A DNA stretch of 64,000 nucleotides, from positions 16,567 through 80,566 of the forward strand of contig JBAVEL010000186.1 in assembly GCA_049587715.1 (NCBI GenBank), given 5' to 3'. Position 1 is the stretch's first letter, and each line of letters starts with the position of its first letter. Positions 54,901-64,000 of this stretch are shown piece by piece. A model generated the notes under the pieces. That model was not told where the DNA came from. It did not search any database and worked only from the letters and a program-made list of their open reading frames with translations. Source of the DNA: Bacteroidota bacterium. GTDB taxonomy: Bacteria > Bacteroidota > Ignavibacteria > UBA10030 > UBA6906. Both the position numbers and the translations under genes were made by a program.

Positions 54901-56741
54901 TTGCCGTCTACAAACGCATCCTTTCGTTCGTCCGCCCCTACGGTGGGCTCCTGGCGCTCTCGGTTGTGTTGTCGCTGTTCTTCTCTGTCTTCAGCGGCCT
55001 CTCCCTCTATCTCACCATTCCCCTTCTGGAAACCCTCTTCAGCGGGCCCCCGGGCGCCGCGACGGCGCCCGCCTCGGGAGCCCCGGCGCTCCTTCCCGGA
55101 TGGCTGGCGGGGTTGCGGGAGGGACTGGGAGACCTTATCCGCGGCGCGCTCTTCCGGGACACGGTGGGGGAGACCCTCCGGAACATCTGCGCAGCCATCG
55201 TGGGTGCCTTTCTGCTGAAGAACCTCTTCGGCTATCTGCAGTCGAACCTGATGACGCACGTGGAGCAGGGGCTGGTGCGCGACATCCGGAACCGGCTCTA
55301 CGCGCACATCCACAACCTCCCCCTGGCCTACTTCACGAATGAGCGGACGGGGAACCTGATTTCCCGTGTGATGAACGACGTGACCATCGTGAACTCGGGC
55401 ATATCGGCCACATTCAACACCCTCATCCGGGAGCCCCTCCTTGTGGCGGTGTACATGGGCATCGCCCTGATGCTGAGCTGGCAGCTCACGTTGACCGCCT
55501 TTCTCGTGTTTCCCGCGGTGCTGCTGGTCATTGCCTCCGTGGGCCGGCGGGTCCACCGGGAAAGCGGGAAGGTGCAGGAGCGCATGGCGGACATGACCTC
55601 GGTGCTCCATGAGACCATCACGGGCGTGAAGGTGGTGAAGGCCTTCGGGATGGAGGAATTCGAGACCAGGAAATTCCGGGGGGAGAACAACCGCTTTTTC
55701 CAGACGGTCCTGGGTATCACCCGGATCCGGAACCTCTCCTCCCCCGCCACCGAGTTTCTGAGCGCCCTGGGGGGCGCCGCGGTCATCTGGTACGGGGGCA
55801 TGCTTGTGCTTTCCGAAGGCACCATGCGGGCCAGCGAGTTCCTGGGCTTCCTGTTCGCCGTGTTCCAGCTTCTTCCCCCCATCAAGGAGCTGAGCAGCGT
55901 GAACAACAGGATGCAGGAGGCGGCCGCCGCCGGCAGGCGGGTCTTTGACATCCTGGACACCGAGCCCCACATCCGGAACGCCGCCTCTCCCGTGCGCCTC
56001 CGGGGATTTGCGGACAGCATCGAGTTCCGGAACGTCTCGTTCCAGTACGAACGGGGCGACCCCGTGCTGACGGACATCAACCTGACGGTGCGCAAAGGGG
56101 AGGTGGTGGCCGTTGTGGGGCCCAGCGGGAGCGGCAAGTCCACGCTGGCGGACCTGATTCCCCGGTTCTACGACCCCACCGCGGGCATCATCACGATCGA
56201 CGGGGTGGACCTGCGGCAGGCGGAGGTGGGCTCGCTGCGCGAGATGATCGGCATTGTCACCCAGGAGACCATCCTCTTCAATGACACGGTGCGCAACAAC
56301 ATCGCCTACGGACTGGAAAGCTGCGACGCCGCCAGGGTACAGGCCGCCGCGGAGGCCGCCAACGCCCATGCCTTCATCATGGAGATGCCCGGGGGCTATG
56401 ATGCGGTGATCGGGGAGCGGGGTGTGAAGATCTCGGGCGGGGAGAGACAGCGGCTGGCCCTGGCCCGGGCCATTCTCAAGAACCCCCCGATCCTCATCCT
56501 GGACGAGGCCACCTCCGCCCTGGACACGGAATCCGAGATCCTGGTCCAGCAGGCCATCGAGCGCCTGATGGCGGGGAGGACCTCGATGGTGATCGCCCAC
56601 CGGCTCTCCACCATCCAGCACGCAAACCGCATCCTTGTGCTGGACGGGGGGAGGATCGTGGAGTCGGGCACGCACAGGGATCTGCTGGGGAACCCGCAGG
56701 GTCTGTACCGGAAGCTCTATGAGCTCCAGTTCCGTGCATAG
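54897..56741 (+). CDS. msbA: Lipid A/lipid export ABC transporter permease-ATPase (MsbA-like)
   Basis: Track ORF 54432 trimmed to MIAVYKRILSF (ATGA overlap). Six-TM domain followed by an NBD. Walker A GPSGSGKST, ABC signature ISGGERQR, Walker B ILILDEATSALD. Confidence 0.85.
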   Translation: MIAVYKRILSFVRPYGGLLALSVVLSLFFSVFSGLSLYLTIPLLETLFSGPPGAATAPASGAPALLPGWLAGLREGLGDLIRGALFRDTVGETLRNICAAIVGAFLLKNLFGYLQSNLMTHVEQGLVRDIRNRLYAHIHNLPLAYFTNERTGNLISRVMNDVTIVNSGISATFNTLIREPLLVAVYMGIALMLSWQLTLTAFLVFPAVLLVIASVGRRVHRESGKVQERMADMTSVLHETITGVKVVKAFGMEEFETRKFRGENNRFFQTVLGITRIRNLSSPATEFLSALGGAAVIWYGGMLVLSEGTMRASEFLGFLFAVFQLLPPIKELSSVNNRMQEAAAAGRRVFDILDTEPHIRNAASPVRLRGFADSIEFRNVSFQYERGDPVLTDINLTVRKGEVVAVVGPSGSGKSTLADLIPRFYDPTAGIITIDGVDLRQAEVGSLREMIGIVTQETILFNDTVRNNIAYGLESCDAARVQAAAEAANAHAFIMEMPGGYDAVIGERGVKISGGERQRLALARAILKNPPILILDEATSALDTESEILVQQAIERLMAGRTSMVIAHRLSTIQHANRILVLDGGRIVESGTHRDLLGNPQGLYRKLYELQFRA

Positions 56742-56811
56742 CGGTCCCGCTGCGCCGGACTTCCCCCCGGGGGCGGCCGGCGGCACCACGGGTCCCTCCC
56801 TCTGGGAGCGG

Positions 56812-57996
56812 ATGCTTCTGGTGTGCGTGGTTCTCCTTCTCGCCTCCTCGTATGTCTCCATTGCCGTGAACTCCCTGGCTCTGGGGGCCTGCGCCCTCCT
56901 CTGGGCCGCCGCCATGATCCGGGAACGGCGCTGGGGAGTCTCCGCCACCCCCCTCGACTGGTGCTTTGCGGCCTACGCGGGGGCGGAGATCCTCTCTTCC
57001 ATCTTCTCGGCCGACCCGGCGCAGTCCTTCACCCTCGCCCGCCGCGTGTTGCTTGTGGGGATTGTGTACCTGCTGGCCTCGACGGTCGGAACCAGGCGCC
57101 GCCTGCAGATGCTGGCGGTCGTGCTGCTTGCCTCGGCGGCGGCTGTGGGGACCCTGGGCGTCGGGAAGCTCGCATTCGGGAACCCGGTGGAGAACACCCG
57201 TCTGGGCATCTTCCAGTTCTACATGACCACATCGGAGCTCATGATGATCGGGGTCCTGCTCCTGGCCCCCTTCACGGTGCACCCCGGCACCCCATGGCGC
57301 ATCCGTGCGGCGTGTGTCGCGGGGCTTGTGCCGGTGCTCGTGTCGCTCTATGCCACCGTGACGCGGGGTTCCTACCTGGCGGCCGCCGGCGGACTGGTGT
57401 TCATTGCCCTGGCGCGGAGGCCGCGCGTGCTCCTTCCCCTCCTCGTGCTGTTCGCGGCGGTGCTGGTGTTCGCCCCTCCGTATGTCCGGAGCAGGATCGA
57501 GAGCATCGTGGATTTTTCGCACCACGAGAATGCCTCGCGGCTGATGCTCTGGAAGACGGGCCTCCGGATGTTCGCCGACCACCCCCTGGTGGGAATCGGC
57601 GACATCGACATGCACGAGCTCTACCTTCGCTATGCCGAGGAGGGGGATCCCGCCCAGCACGGGCACTTTCACAATGTGGCGGTGCAGTTCCTGGTGACCC
57701 TGGGGATCGCGGGCTTTGCGGCGGTGGCGGCCCTCTTCGTGCAGATCGTCCGGACGGAGTGGCGGATCTACCGGCGAGTCCGGGATGACTGGTTCGGGGG
57801 ATCCCTCGTGCTGGGATCTCTGGCTGTGTTCGTGGGGTTCCACGTGAGCGGCCTCACCGAATGGACGTTTGGAGACCAGGAGATCGTGACGCTCTTCTGG
57901 ATCACCGTCGGGTTCGCCCTGGCGGCGGAGAAGACCGCCCTTCCACTCAAGGAGGATCATGGCCACCCTCACGGTGGTGACGCTCGCCCTGAATGA
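56812..57996 (+). CDS. O-antigen ligase/polymerase-family membrane protein (WaaL-like)
   Basis: Polytopic membrane protein with a periplasmic loop ...ASRLMLWKTGLRMFADHPLVGIGD... typical of the Wzy_C/O-antigen ligase domain. Start uncertain (ATG 56812 chosen; in-frame upstream GTG is possible). Confidence 0.65.
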   Translation: MLLVCVVLLLASSYVSIAVNSLALGACALLWAAAMIRERRWGVSATPLDWCFAAYAGAEILSSIFSADPAQSFTLARRVLLVGIVYLLASTVGTRRRLQMLAVVLLASAAAVGTLGVGKLAFGNPVENTRLGIFQFYMTTSELMMIGVLLLAPFTVHPGTPWRIRAACVAGLVPVLVSLYATVTRGSYLAAAGGLVFIALARRPRVLLPLLVLFAAVLVFAPPYVRSRIESIVDFSHHENASRLMLWKTGLRMFADHPLVGIGDIDMHELYLRYAEEGDPAQHGHFHNVAVQFLVTLGIAGFAAVAALFVQIVRTEWRIYRRVRDDWFGGSLVLGSLAVFVGFHVSGLTEWTFGDQEIVTLFWITVGFALAAEKTALPLKEDHGHPHGGDARPE

Positions 57997-58723
57997 GGAA
58001 CGGAACATCCGGGATTGCCTTGCCTCCGTGCGGTGGGCGGACCAGATCCTGGTGGTGGATTCAGGGAGCACGGACCGGACACGCGAGATAGCGGCCGGCT
58101 TTACGGACCATGTGCTCCGGCTGGAGTGGAAGGGGTTCGGAGGCACCAAGAACGAGGCCCTCGCGCATGCCTGCGGAGACTGGATTCTCTGGATGGATGC
58201 CGACGAGCGGGTGACCCCGGAGCTGGAGGCGGAGATCCGCCGCATCCTGGAAGAGGACCCGCCCGACATCTGTGCCTACGATGTGGCCCGGCGCTCCCAT
58301 TTCCTGGGGCGGTGGATGCGGCACGGGGGTTGGTACCCTTCCCGGGTGGTCCGCCTCTTCCGCCGCGGCAGGGGCCGCTTCACGGAAGCCCGGGTGCACG
58401 AGGGGCTCGAGGTGGAGGGAGGGAAGGGGAGCCTGCGGAGTGACCTGCTCCACTACACGGACCCGGATCTCCACCACTACTTCCGGAAGTTCAACAGGTA
58501 CACCACCCTGGCGGCCGAGGAGCTGGGGGCGGGGGGAAGGCGGTTCTCCCTCCGGGACCTCCTCCTTCGTCCCCCGTTCCAGTTCGTGAAGATGTATCTG
58601 CTGCGGCGGGGTTTTCTGGACGGCATACAGGGGTTCGTCCTGGCGGCGTGTTCGGCCGCCTACGTGTTCGTGAAGTACGCCAAGCTCTGGGAACGGGAAC
58701 ATCCTCGGAAGGAGAACTCATGA
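57959..58723 (+). CDS. Glycosyltransferase family 2 (LPS core-type), paralog 2
   Basis: LTVVTLALNEERNIRDCLASVRWADQILVVDSGSTDRT and LWMDADE. Clear paralog of the 54079 gene. Confidence 0.8.
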   Translation: MATLTVVTLALNEERNIRDCLASVRWADQILVVDSGSTDRTREIAAGFTDHVLRLEWKGFGGTKNEALAHACGDWILWMDADERVTPELEAEIRRILEEDPPDICAYDVARRSHFLGRWMRHGGWYPSRVVRLFRRGRGRFTEARVHEGLEVEGGKGSLRSDLLHYTDPDLHHYFRKFNRYTTLAAEELGAGGRRFSLRDLLLRPPFQFVKMYLLRRGFLDGIQGFVLAACSAAYVFVKYAKLWEREHPRKENS

Positions 58724-59022
58724 GCGACAGGGAGCAACAGGCGGCGCTCTTTGCGGCCCTGGTCTCGATGCTTCAGGCATCCGCCATGCAGGCCATGGGA
58801 AAGCTCCGGAACGACCACACGGGCAAGGTGGAGCGGAACCTCCCTCTGGCCCGGCTCCTGATCGATATGCTGAACATGCTGCACGAGCGGATGGGGGGGG
58901 TGCTGGAGCCGGGCGAGGAGCGGACCCTTGCCTCCGTGCTCACCGACCTCCGGCTCAACTTTGTGGATGAGTCGGCCAGGCAGGAGCCGGAGAAGGAAGA
59001 GAAGGGAGAAACGCCGCCATGA
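58720..59022 (+). CDS. DUF1844-family small protein
   Basis: Track ORF trimmed to MSDREQQAALFAALVSMLQASAMQAMGKL (ATGA overlap). Matches the DUF1844 pattern. Confidence 0.55.
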   Translation: MSDREQQAALFAALVSMLQASAMQAMGKLRNDHTGKVERNLPLARLLIDMLNMLHERMGGVLEPGEERTLASVLTDLRLNFVDESARQEPEKEEKGETPP

Positions 59023-59891
59023 TGTTCGGAGTAGTGGGAAACCTGGAGAAGGAGGGACTGGCGGAGGCGGCGGGACGGTTTCTGGATCTCTGCGCCCGCG
59101 CCCGCGCCAGGTGCCTTGTGGATGAGCGGATCGCGGCCCTGATGCCAGGCCCTGGCCTCGGGTCCGCCGACCGGGTGAGTGTGGAGGATTGCATCGCGGG
59201 GGCGGGAGTGCTCGTGGCTTTCGGAGGGGACGGCACCATTCTCTCTTTCGCCCGCCGTGTGGGAAGGAGGGAGACCCCCATTCTGGGCATCAACCTCGGG
59301 AAGCTGGGCTTCCTGGCGGAGTTCGCCCCCGAGGAGATGGAGCAGGCCATCGGAGACATCACCGCGGGGAAGTTCCGGGTGGAGGAGCGCCTGGTGCTGG
59401 AGGGAACCCTGGAGGGAAAGCCCCAGCGCCTGCTCCATGCGGTGAACGACATCGTGGTGGACAAGTCCCGCTCACCCCGCGTGATGGCCCTGGAGGTGTT
59501 CGTGGACGGCGCCTTCGCCGCAACCTACGCAGCCGACGGGTTGATTGTCTCCACACCGACGGGCTCCACCGGCTACGCCCTCTCGAGCGGAGGCCCCATT
59601 GTGGCCCCCACGAGCAGGGTCTTGGGCATCACGCCCATCTCCCCCCATACACTGAGCGGGCGTCCGCTCATCGTTCCCGAGGAGAGCCGCATCCGGCTTG
59701 TGGTGCGCGGTCCGGTGGAGGAGGTGCTGGTGGCATCCGACGGACAGGTGGAGGAGCTTCTCCCTCCCCCCGTGAAGGTGCTGATAGGCAGGGCGGACTT
59801 CCGCCTGAAGCTGGTGAAGCGTGTGGACAGGACCTATTTCGATGTCCTGCGCGCCAAGCTCTTCTGGGGGAACGACGTGCGCCGGAGCTGA
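59019..59891 (+). CDS. nadK: NAD(+) kinase
   Basis: GGDGT motif (VAFGGDGTILS), NE/D short motif region DGLIVSTPTGSTGYALSSGGPIV. Confidence 0.9.
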   Translation: MMFGVVGNLEKEGLAEAAGRFLDLCARARARCLVDERIAALMPGPGLGSADRVSVEDCIAGAGVLVAFGGDGTILSFARRVGRRETPILGINLGKLGFLAEFAPEEMEQAIGDITAGKFRVEERLVLEGTLEGKPQRLLHAVNDIVVDKSRSPRVMALEVFVDGAFAATYAADGLIVSTPTGSTGYALSSGGPIVAPTSRVLGITPISPHTLSGRPLIVPEESRIRLVVRGPVEEVLVASDGQVEELLPPPVKVLIGRADFRLKLVKRVDRTYFDVLRAKLFWGNDVRRS

Positions 59892-59901
59892 GGCCGGCGG
59901 C

Positions 59902-60324
59902 TCAGTTGTTCTGGGCCCCTTCCGCGATCCAGGTGCGGATGCCGTTGATCTGATTCTGGTTGAGGGGATTCCTGTTGAGGGGCATCCGCTGTCCCAGCCG
60001 GTTCTCGATCCGGAGCACGAGGTTGCTCTCATCGGGCCGGGTGGGGATGATCGTGCCGATGGGAGAGTTGTACACGGTGTTGGCGTGGGATGTGAGCTGA
60101 AGGGGGCTCGTGTGCTGCCCGTCGTCATGACAGCCCGCCAGGGCGCAGGTCTGCCGGAAGAGAAGGTCCACGTGGAGGCCGTACCGGACTCCCGAGAGGG
60201 GAAACACCACGTCCGAGGGACTTCCGTCGGGACCCGCGGCAGGTTCGTCCTTGCATCCGTAGAGACCCAGCGCGGCAAAAAGGATCACTCCCGGGATGAG
60301 GGGAAGCCGGGCAGGCGTTCTCAT
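59902..60324 (-). CDS. Hypothetical lipoprotein
   Basis: Lipobox LGLYGC. Contains CALAGCH (CX4CH, not canonical CXXCH). Confidence 0.5.
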   Translation of the reverse strand: MRTPARLPLIPGVILFAALGLYGCKDEPAAGPDGSPSDVVFPLSGVRYGLHVDLLFRQTCALAGCHDDGQHTSPLQLTSHANTVYNSPIGTIIPTRPDESNLVLRIENRLGQRMPLNRNPLNQNQINGIRTWIAEGAQNN

Positions 60325-60977
60325 ACCGCCCCCTCGGGGGCAAGGAGGAGCCCCGCCAGGTGCGCCGACACCAGGTATGAGTAGAACACCGTGAACACCA
60401 CCCCCACGAAGAAGAGCACAATCCCCGCTCCCGCCAGGGACTGGATCCCGGCGATGAGAAGGGCGGCCACGAGCGAGTTCTCCCAGTTGCGGCCGAACCG
60501 CCGGAAGACGTCGGCCACATCCAGCGCATCCGCGATGGACTCCCTCTCGGCGAACTTCCCCGCAATGACGGGGGCAAAGACGGTGAAGAGGAGGGCGTAG
60601 GGGAGAGCCAGGAGCATGATGAACATCGCCGCGAACCCCCGCAGGATGCCGGACCCCCCGCCTGCGCCCAGGTTCTCACCCAGGATTCCGAGGACCAGAA
60701 AAGGAATGACGACCAGGAAGATCGGCACACTGTAGGCCGCCAGGACAACGCAGAACTTGAAACCCGCCACGAACTTCCCCCCGATGTCGTCCCACTCGGG
60801 AAGGGGATTGGCTTCCCCCCGCATGACCCGCTGTGTCACCCGCACGCAGTAGCCCGCCAGGATGAAGATCCCTATGATGAGGGCCGAGAGCAGCACGAAC
60901 AGCCCCCCCACCAGGAATTTCCGTATCCAGTCGGGGTCCTTGAAGGGAAAGGAGAATGCCTTGGCCAGGCCCTGCAT
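60321..60977 (-). CDS. DUF4013-like polytopic membrane protein
   Basis: Four or more TM helices. N-terminal FSFPFKDPDWIRKFLVGGL is typical of DUF4013. Confidence 0.55.
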   Translation of the reverse strand: MQGLAKAFSFPFKDPDWIRKFLVGGLFVLLSALIIGIFILAGYCVRVTQRVMRGEANPLPEWDDIGGKFVAGFKFCVVLAAYSVPIFLVVIPFLVLGILGENLGAGGGSGILRGFAAMFIMLLALPYALLFTVFAPVIAGKFAERESIADALDVADVFRRFGRNWENSLVAALLIAGIQSLAGAGIVLFFVGVVFTVFYSYLVSAHLAGLLLAPEGAV

Positions 60978-61042
60978 CCGCGCCTCCGCATGTGCAAGCG
61001 AAAGTACGCAAACCGGGGCGGAGATTCAACACATCAGGCGCG

Positions 61043-61071
61043 TTGACATTCGGGATGCGATTCGGTATATT
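61043..61071 (+). promoter_or_regulatory. Consensus sigma70 promoter TTGACA-N17-TATATT for tRNA-Ala
   Basis: cgTTGACAttcgggatgcgattcggTATATTtc, about 45 nt upstream of the tRNA. Confidence 0.6.
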
Positions 61072-61114
61072 TCATTCCCCGGAGCGGGCAGACACCCCAG
61101 GCCGGTCCGGAATC

Positions 61115-61187
61115 GGGGCTGTAGCTCAGCTGGGAGAGCGCGTGAATGGCATTCACGAGGTCAGGGGTTCGATCCCCCTCAGCTCCA
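61115..61187 (+). tRNA. tRNA-Ala (anticodon GGC)
   Basis: Acceptor ggggctg/cagctcc with the G3:U70 wobble pair, the alanine identity element. Anticodon arm cgtga-atGGCat-tcacg. T arm agggg-ttcgatc-cccct. CCA not encoded. Confidence 0.85.
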
Positions 61188-61190
61188 CAA

Positions 61191-61220
61191 GGCCTTCCAG
61201 CGAGGAAGGCCTTTTTTCTT
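61191..61220 (+). terminator. Intrinsic terminator after tRNA-Ala
   Basis: GGCCTTCCagcgaGGAAGGCC followed by ttttttctt. Confidence 0.7.
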
Positions 61221-61494
61221 GCCTCCTTGGAGATCCGCCCGCGTGTTCCGCCTTCTCACCCCGGGTACACGGCCCCGCCCGGATGGGGTCTGTGACCCGG
61301 GCCGGATTCCGGTCTCGCCGCTGTGCTTCTGCCCCCCCCCGCGCGGGCAGGATCCGATTGCGTCTTGGACGGCGGATGGCTATCATGGCACGGGTGAGGG
61401 CCTCGCGGCCCGAGTCCGGATCCCCTCCTCCAGCATCTGATTCAATCCCGAGCCCGGACAGAGGGGATTCCGCCGATACGCCCATCCGGATACG

Positions 61495-63603
61495 ATGAAC
61501 ACCATCCGAATGAACCGGCTGGCGGGGGAGAAGAGCCCCTACCTGCTCCAGCATGCTTCCAATCCCGTGGACTGGTATCCGTGGGGGGAGGAGGCCTTCC
61601 GCGAGGCGAGGGACAAGGGGAAGCCCATCCTCCTCTCCATCGGCTACTCCGCCTGCCACTGGTGCCACGTGATGGAACAGGAGTCCTTCGACTCTCCCGG
61701 AACCGCCCGTATCATGAATGCCCGCTTCGTGAACATCAAGGTGGACAGGGAAGAGCGTCCCGATGTGGACCGGGTGTACATGGCGGCGCTCCAGGCCATG
61801 GGGGAGGGGGGCGGATGGCCCATGACCATGTTTCTGACCCCGGACCTGAGGCCCTTCTTCGGGGGCACGTATTTCCCTCCCGTTGCGCGCCACGGTCGGA
61901 TAGGGTTCCCCGAGCTTCTGGAACGCGTGGCACACGCCTGGGAACATGACAGGGAGAAACTCCTTGGATCAGCAGGCCGGCTCATGGGGTTTCTGGCCCG
62001 TCCGGGGCCTTCCGGAGCCGGGGAACCGGGCGAGGACGTCCCGCCGAAATGTCTGGAGGAACTCTCCCGCCAGTACGATCCCGTGCACGGCGGATTCGGA
62101 GGCCCCCCGAAATTCCCCCGGCCCTCCGTATTCCGCTTCCTGATCACCCGTCATCTCCTCACCCGGGACTCCGATGCGCTCCGCATGTGCCGGAACACCG
62201 TCAGGGCCATCCTCCGGGGAGGGATCCATGATCAGATCGGAGGGGGATTCCACAGGTATTCGGTGGACGGCGAGTGGCGCACCCCCCATTTTGAGAAGAT
62301 GCTGTACGATCAGGCCCAGATGGCGGAGGCATGCCTGGATTTGTACCTCCTGGATCGGGAACCTGTCTGGGCCGAGGGGGCCCGCGGAGCCCTGGAATAC
62401 GTGCGGGAGCACCTGACCTCCCCCGACGGGGGATTCTACTCCTCGGAAGACGCCGACAGCCCCCGCCCCGGGAACCCCTCCGAGCGGGGAGAGGGAGCCT
62501 ATTATCTCTGGAGCCGGAAAGAGGTGGATCGGATTCTGAGCGCGGAGGATGCAGGGCTCTTTGCCCGCACCTACGGGGTGACGGAGGAGGGGAACGCTCT
62601 CGCCGATGCGCACGGGGAATTTGCGGGGCTGAACATACTCCACCTGTCCCGCGGGGAAGAGGGCGCACCCGATGGCGCCGCCCGGGCCATCGACCGCTCC
62701 ATCCGGATTCTGAAGGCCCGGCGGAGCAGGCGGCCCAGCCCCTTCCGGGATGAGAAGGTGCTGGCGGCCTGGAACGGGCTCATGATCGGGGCCTTTGCAC
62801 GCGGGTTCCAGGTGCTTGGAGAGCCCGCCTACCTGCAGGCGGCCTGCCGGGCTGCCGCATTCGTGTGGGCGAACCTGTTCCATCCCCCCGACGGTCCCCT
62901 TCTGAGGCGCTGGCACCAGGGGGAGCCCCGCCACCGCGGGCAGCTTGAGGACTACGCCTTCCTCGTACAGGGGTTTCTGGACCTCTACGAGGCATCGCTG
63001 GATCTGGGGTGGCTGGAGAAGGCCCTGGTTCTCACCCGACTTCAGACGGAGACATTCAGGGATGGTGAACGCGGGGGATTCTTCGACAGCCCCGGGGATG
63101 ATTCCTCCATCCTGATCCGCACAAAGGACCTCCACGACGGGGCCGAGCCGTGCGGGAACTCCGTTGCCGCCATGAACCTCGTCCGCCTCTGGCGCATGAC
63201 GGGAAAGGGGGAGTACCTGGAGGGGGCATCGGGCGTGTTCCGGGGGGCCGCGGCGGTGCTGGAGGAAATGCCTTCGGTGCTCCCTCTCATGTGTGCGGCC
63301 CTCTCGCTTCTGGGGGGACCCGCATTCGGGGTCGTCATCACGGGGCGGAAGGGGGAGGCGCAGACCGAGGCGCTCATCGCCCAGGTCCGGCACAGACACA
63401 TCCCCGGAAGGGTGCTGCTTCTGGCGGAGGCGGGCGATGAGCGGCTGGAGCGGATCGCCCCTTTCGCCGCGCAACTTGCCGCCTCAGCAGGCGGGCCGGC
63501 CGCCTATCTGTGCGATGCGGGAAGCTGCCGCCTCCCCGTGTCGGATCCGGTCGATTTGGGGAAGTTGCTGGATGCTCAGCCGCCCGGTCCAGGCCTTCCC
63601 TGA
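61495..63603 (+). CDS. Thioredoxin-domain protein YyaL/DUF255 family (thioredoxin fold + six-hairpin glycosidase-like domain)
   Basis: N-terminal [32 protein letters not shown] is the DUF255 thioredoxin-like motif with CxxC. Long (alpha/alpha)6-like C-terminal part. Confidence 0.8.
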   Translation: MNTIRMNRLAGEKSPYLLQHASNPVDWYPWGEEAFREARDKGKPILLSIGYSACHWCHVMEQESFDSPGTARIMNARFVNIKVDREERPDVDRVYMAALQAMGEGGGWPMTMFLTPDLRPFFGGTYFPPVARHGRIGFPELLERVAHAWEHDREKLLGSAGRLMGFLARPGPSGAGEPGEDVPPKCLEELSRQYDPVHGGFGGPPKFPRPSVFRFLITRHLLTRDSDALRMCRNTVRAILRGGIHDQIGGGFHRYSVDGEWRTPHFEKMLYDQAQMAEACLDLYLLDREPVWAEGARGALEYVREHLTSPDGGFYSSEDADSPRPGNPSERGEGAYYLWSRKEVDRILSAEDAGLFARTYGVTEEGNALADAHGEFAGLNILHLSRGEEGAPDGAARAIDRSIRILKARRSRRPSPFRDEKVLAAWNGLMIGAFARGFQVLGEPAYLQAACRAAAFVWANLFHPPDGPLLRRWHQGEPRHRGQLEDYAFLVQGFLDLYEASLDLGWLEKALVLTRLQTETFRDGERGGFFDSPGDDSSILIRTKDLHDGAEPCGNSVAAMNLVRLWRMTGKGEYLEGASGVFRGAAAVLEEMPSVLPLMCAALSLLGGPAFGVVITGRKGEAQTEALIAQVRHRHIPGRVLLLAEAGDERLERIAPFAAQLAASAGGPAAYLCDAGSCRLPVSDPVDLGKLLDAQPPGPGLP

Positions 63604-64000
63604 TGGCGAAGACTGATGAAGAGCCCCGCTCCTCCTATCGTCATCATGATGAGGGATTGTATGGCCGTCTTGTAGGAGACGGACGTCTCCCCGAAAGCCG
63701 AGACCAGGAACAGCGCCCCTGTGGCAAGCAGCAGCGCATAGAGAGCCAGCATGACCGTCCGTGCCCGGTGCCTCGTGGCGGGCGTATCCGCGGCGAAATA
63801 GCGGTTGTAGAGGATCAGCCCCGTGATCGCCAGCAGATTCATCCCGGCAAACAGAAGCCAGAAAGTCCGGATGACGGAGGAGGGATCGGCGCTCCTGACC
63901 ACCGGCTTCAGCATGGTCTCGTACAGCGTGCCGCCCAGATTCGATCCCAGGAGACTCCCGATCACGCCGTACAGGAAGGCGTATCCCATGTACACGGCCT
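63576..64000 (-). CDS. Polytopic membrane protein, C-terminal part (gene continues beyond window end)
   Basis: Track ORF 63576..63995 shows three or more TM helices ([47 protein letters not shown]). The true start is probably outside the window. Confidence 0.45.
   Translation of the reverse strand, partial: AVYMGYAFLYGVIGSLLGSNLGGTLYETMLKPVVRSADPSSVIRTFWLLFAGMNLLAITGLILYNRYFAADTPATRHRARTVMLALYALLLATGALFLVSAFGETSVSYKTAIQSLIMMTIGGAGLFISLRHQGRPGPGG

Noticed and set aside
56719-56741. ATG at 56719 (MSSSVHS...) as start of the O-antigen-ligase-like gene
   Set aside because: It lies inside the last codons of msbA in another frame and precedes a non-membrane Gly/Pro-rich stretch. The ATG at 56812 directly precedes the first TM helix. 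An in-frame GTG near 56734 remains possible.
59472-63474. Minus-strand ORFs 59472..60278 and 61969..63474
   Set aside because: Antisense to nadK and the YyaL gene. Biased composition.

Overview
This is a 64 kb, high-GC (about two-thirds GC by eye) bacterial chromosomal window, densely coded, with many 4-nt start/stop overlaps. The likely host is an FCB-superphylum-type bacterium with a type IX secretion system (T9SS). Three proteins end in T9SS-type C-terminal sorting domains, and there is a PorV/PorQ-like barrel and a GWxTD-domain protein. Host promoters look sigma70-like (TTGACA-N17-TATATT). Phylum cannot be assigned from this window.

Three blocks:

(1) 1-36983: an alpha-glucan (starch/glycogen) utilization locus.
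- Transport and regulation: an SSS symporter fragment, an orphan MalK-type ATPase, a LacI regulator with a promoter and a perfect palindromic operator, and a MalEFG-like ABC importer.
- Enzymes: a secreted GH13 amylase, a GH13 pullulanase-type enzyme with a T9SS tail, GH57 and GH13-like enzymes, a GH133-like debranching enzyme, and two tandem esterases.
- T9SS-associated genes: a TonB-dependent receptor followed by a 1244-aa Ca-binding-repeat protein with a T9SS tail and a PorV-like barrel, a tandem-CBM protein with a T9SS tail, and two tandem SGNH-hydrolase+TPR paralogs.
- Also a SurA-like PPIase.

(2) 37045-40052: a 3.0 kb, visibly lower-GC insertion.
- It is bounded by 35-bp imperfect inverted repeats (30/35 identical) and an 8-bp direct duplication, CAATCGGC.
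- It carries a single-ORF IS1-family-like transposase.
- Cargo includes a divergently expressed 128-aa unknown protein with its own TTGACA-N17-TATACT promoter, and a candidate ~190-nt sRNA with its own promoter and terminator.
- The remaining cargo is a Panacea-domain (DUF4065, PanA-like antitoxin) gene that overlaps by ATGA a downstream gene for a 116-aa two-TM protein.
- That gene pair is a candidate undescribed PanA-toxin module mobilised on a transposon-like IS.

(3) 40151-64000: housekeeping genes.
- Regulation and small proteins: a response regulator, YjbQ, a GWxTD protein, and a DUF1844 protein.
- Envelope: lipid A acyltransferase, a GT9 heptosyltransferase, two GT2 paralogs flanking msbA and an O-antigen-ligase-like gene.
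- RNAs: tRNA-Arg(CCG), and tRNA-Ala(GGC) with a textbook promoter and terminator.
- Partner-switching module: two PP2C phosphatases with a STAS antagonist and an RsbW-like kinase.
- Other: a MATE exporter, leuS, nadK, and a YyaL thioredoxin-domain protein.

Many long antisense ORFs in the track are rejected as high-GC artefacts. Non-CDS coordinates are hand-indexed and may be off by 1-2 nt.
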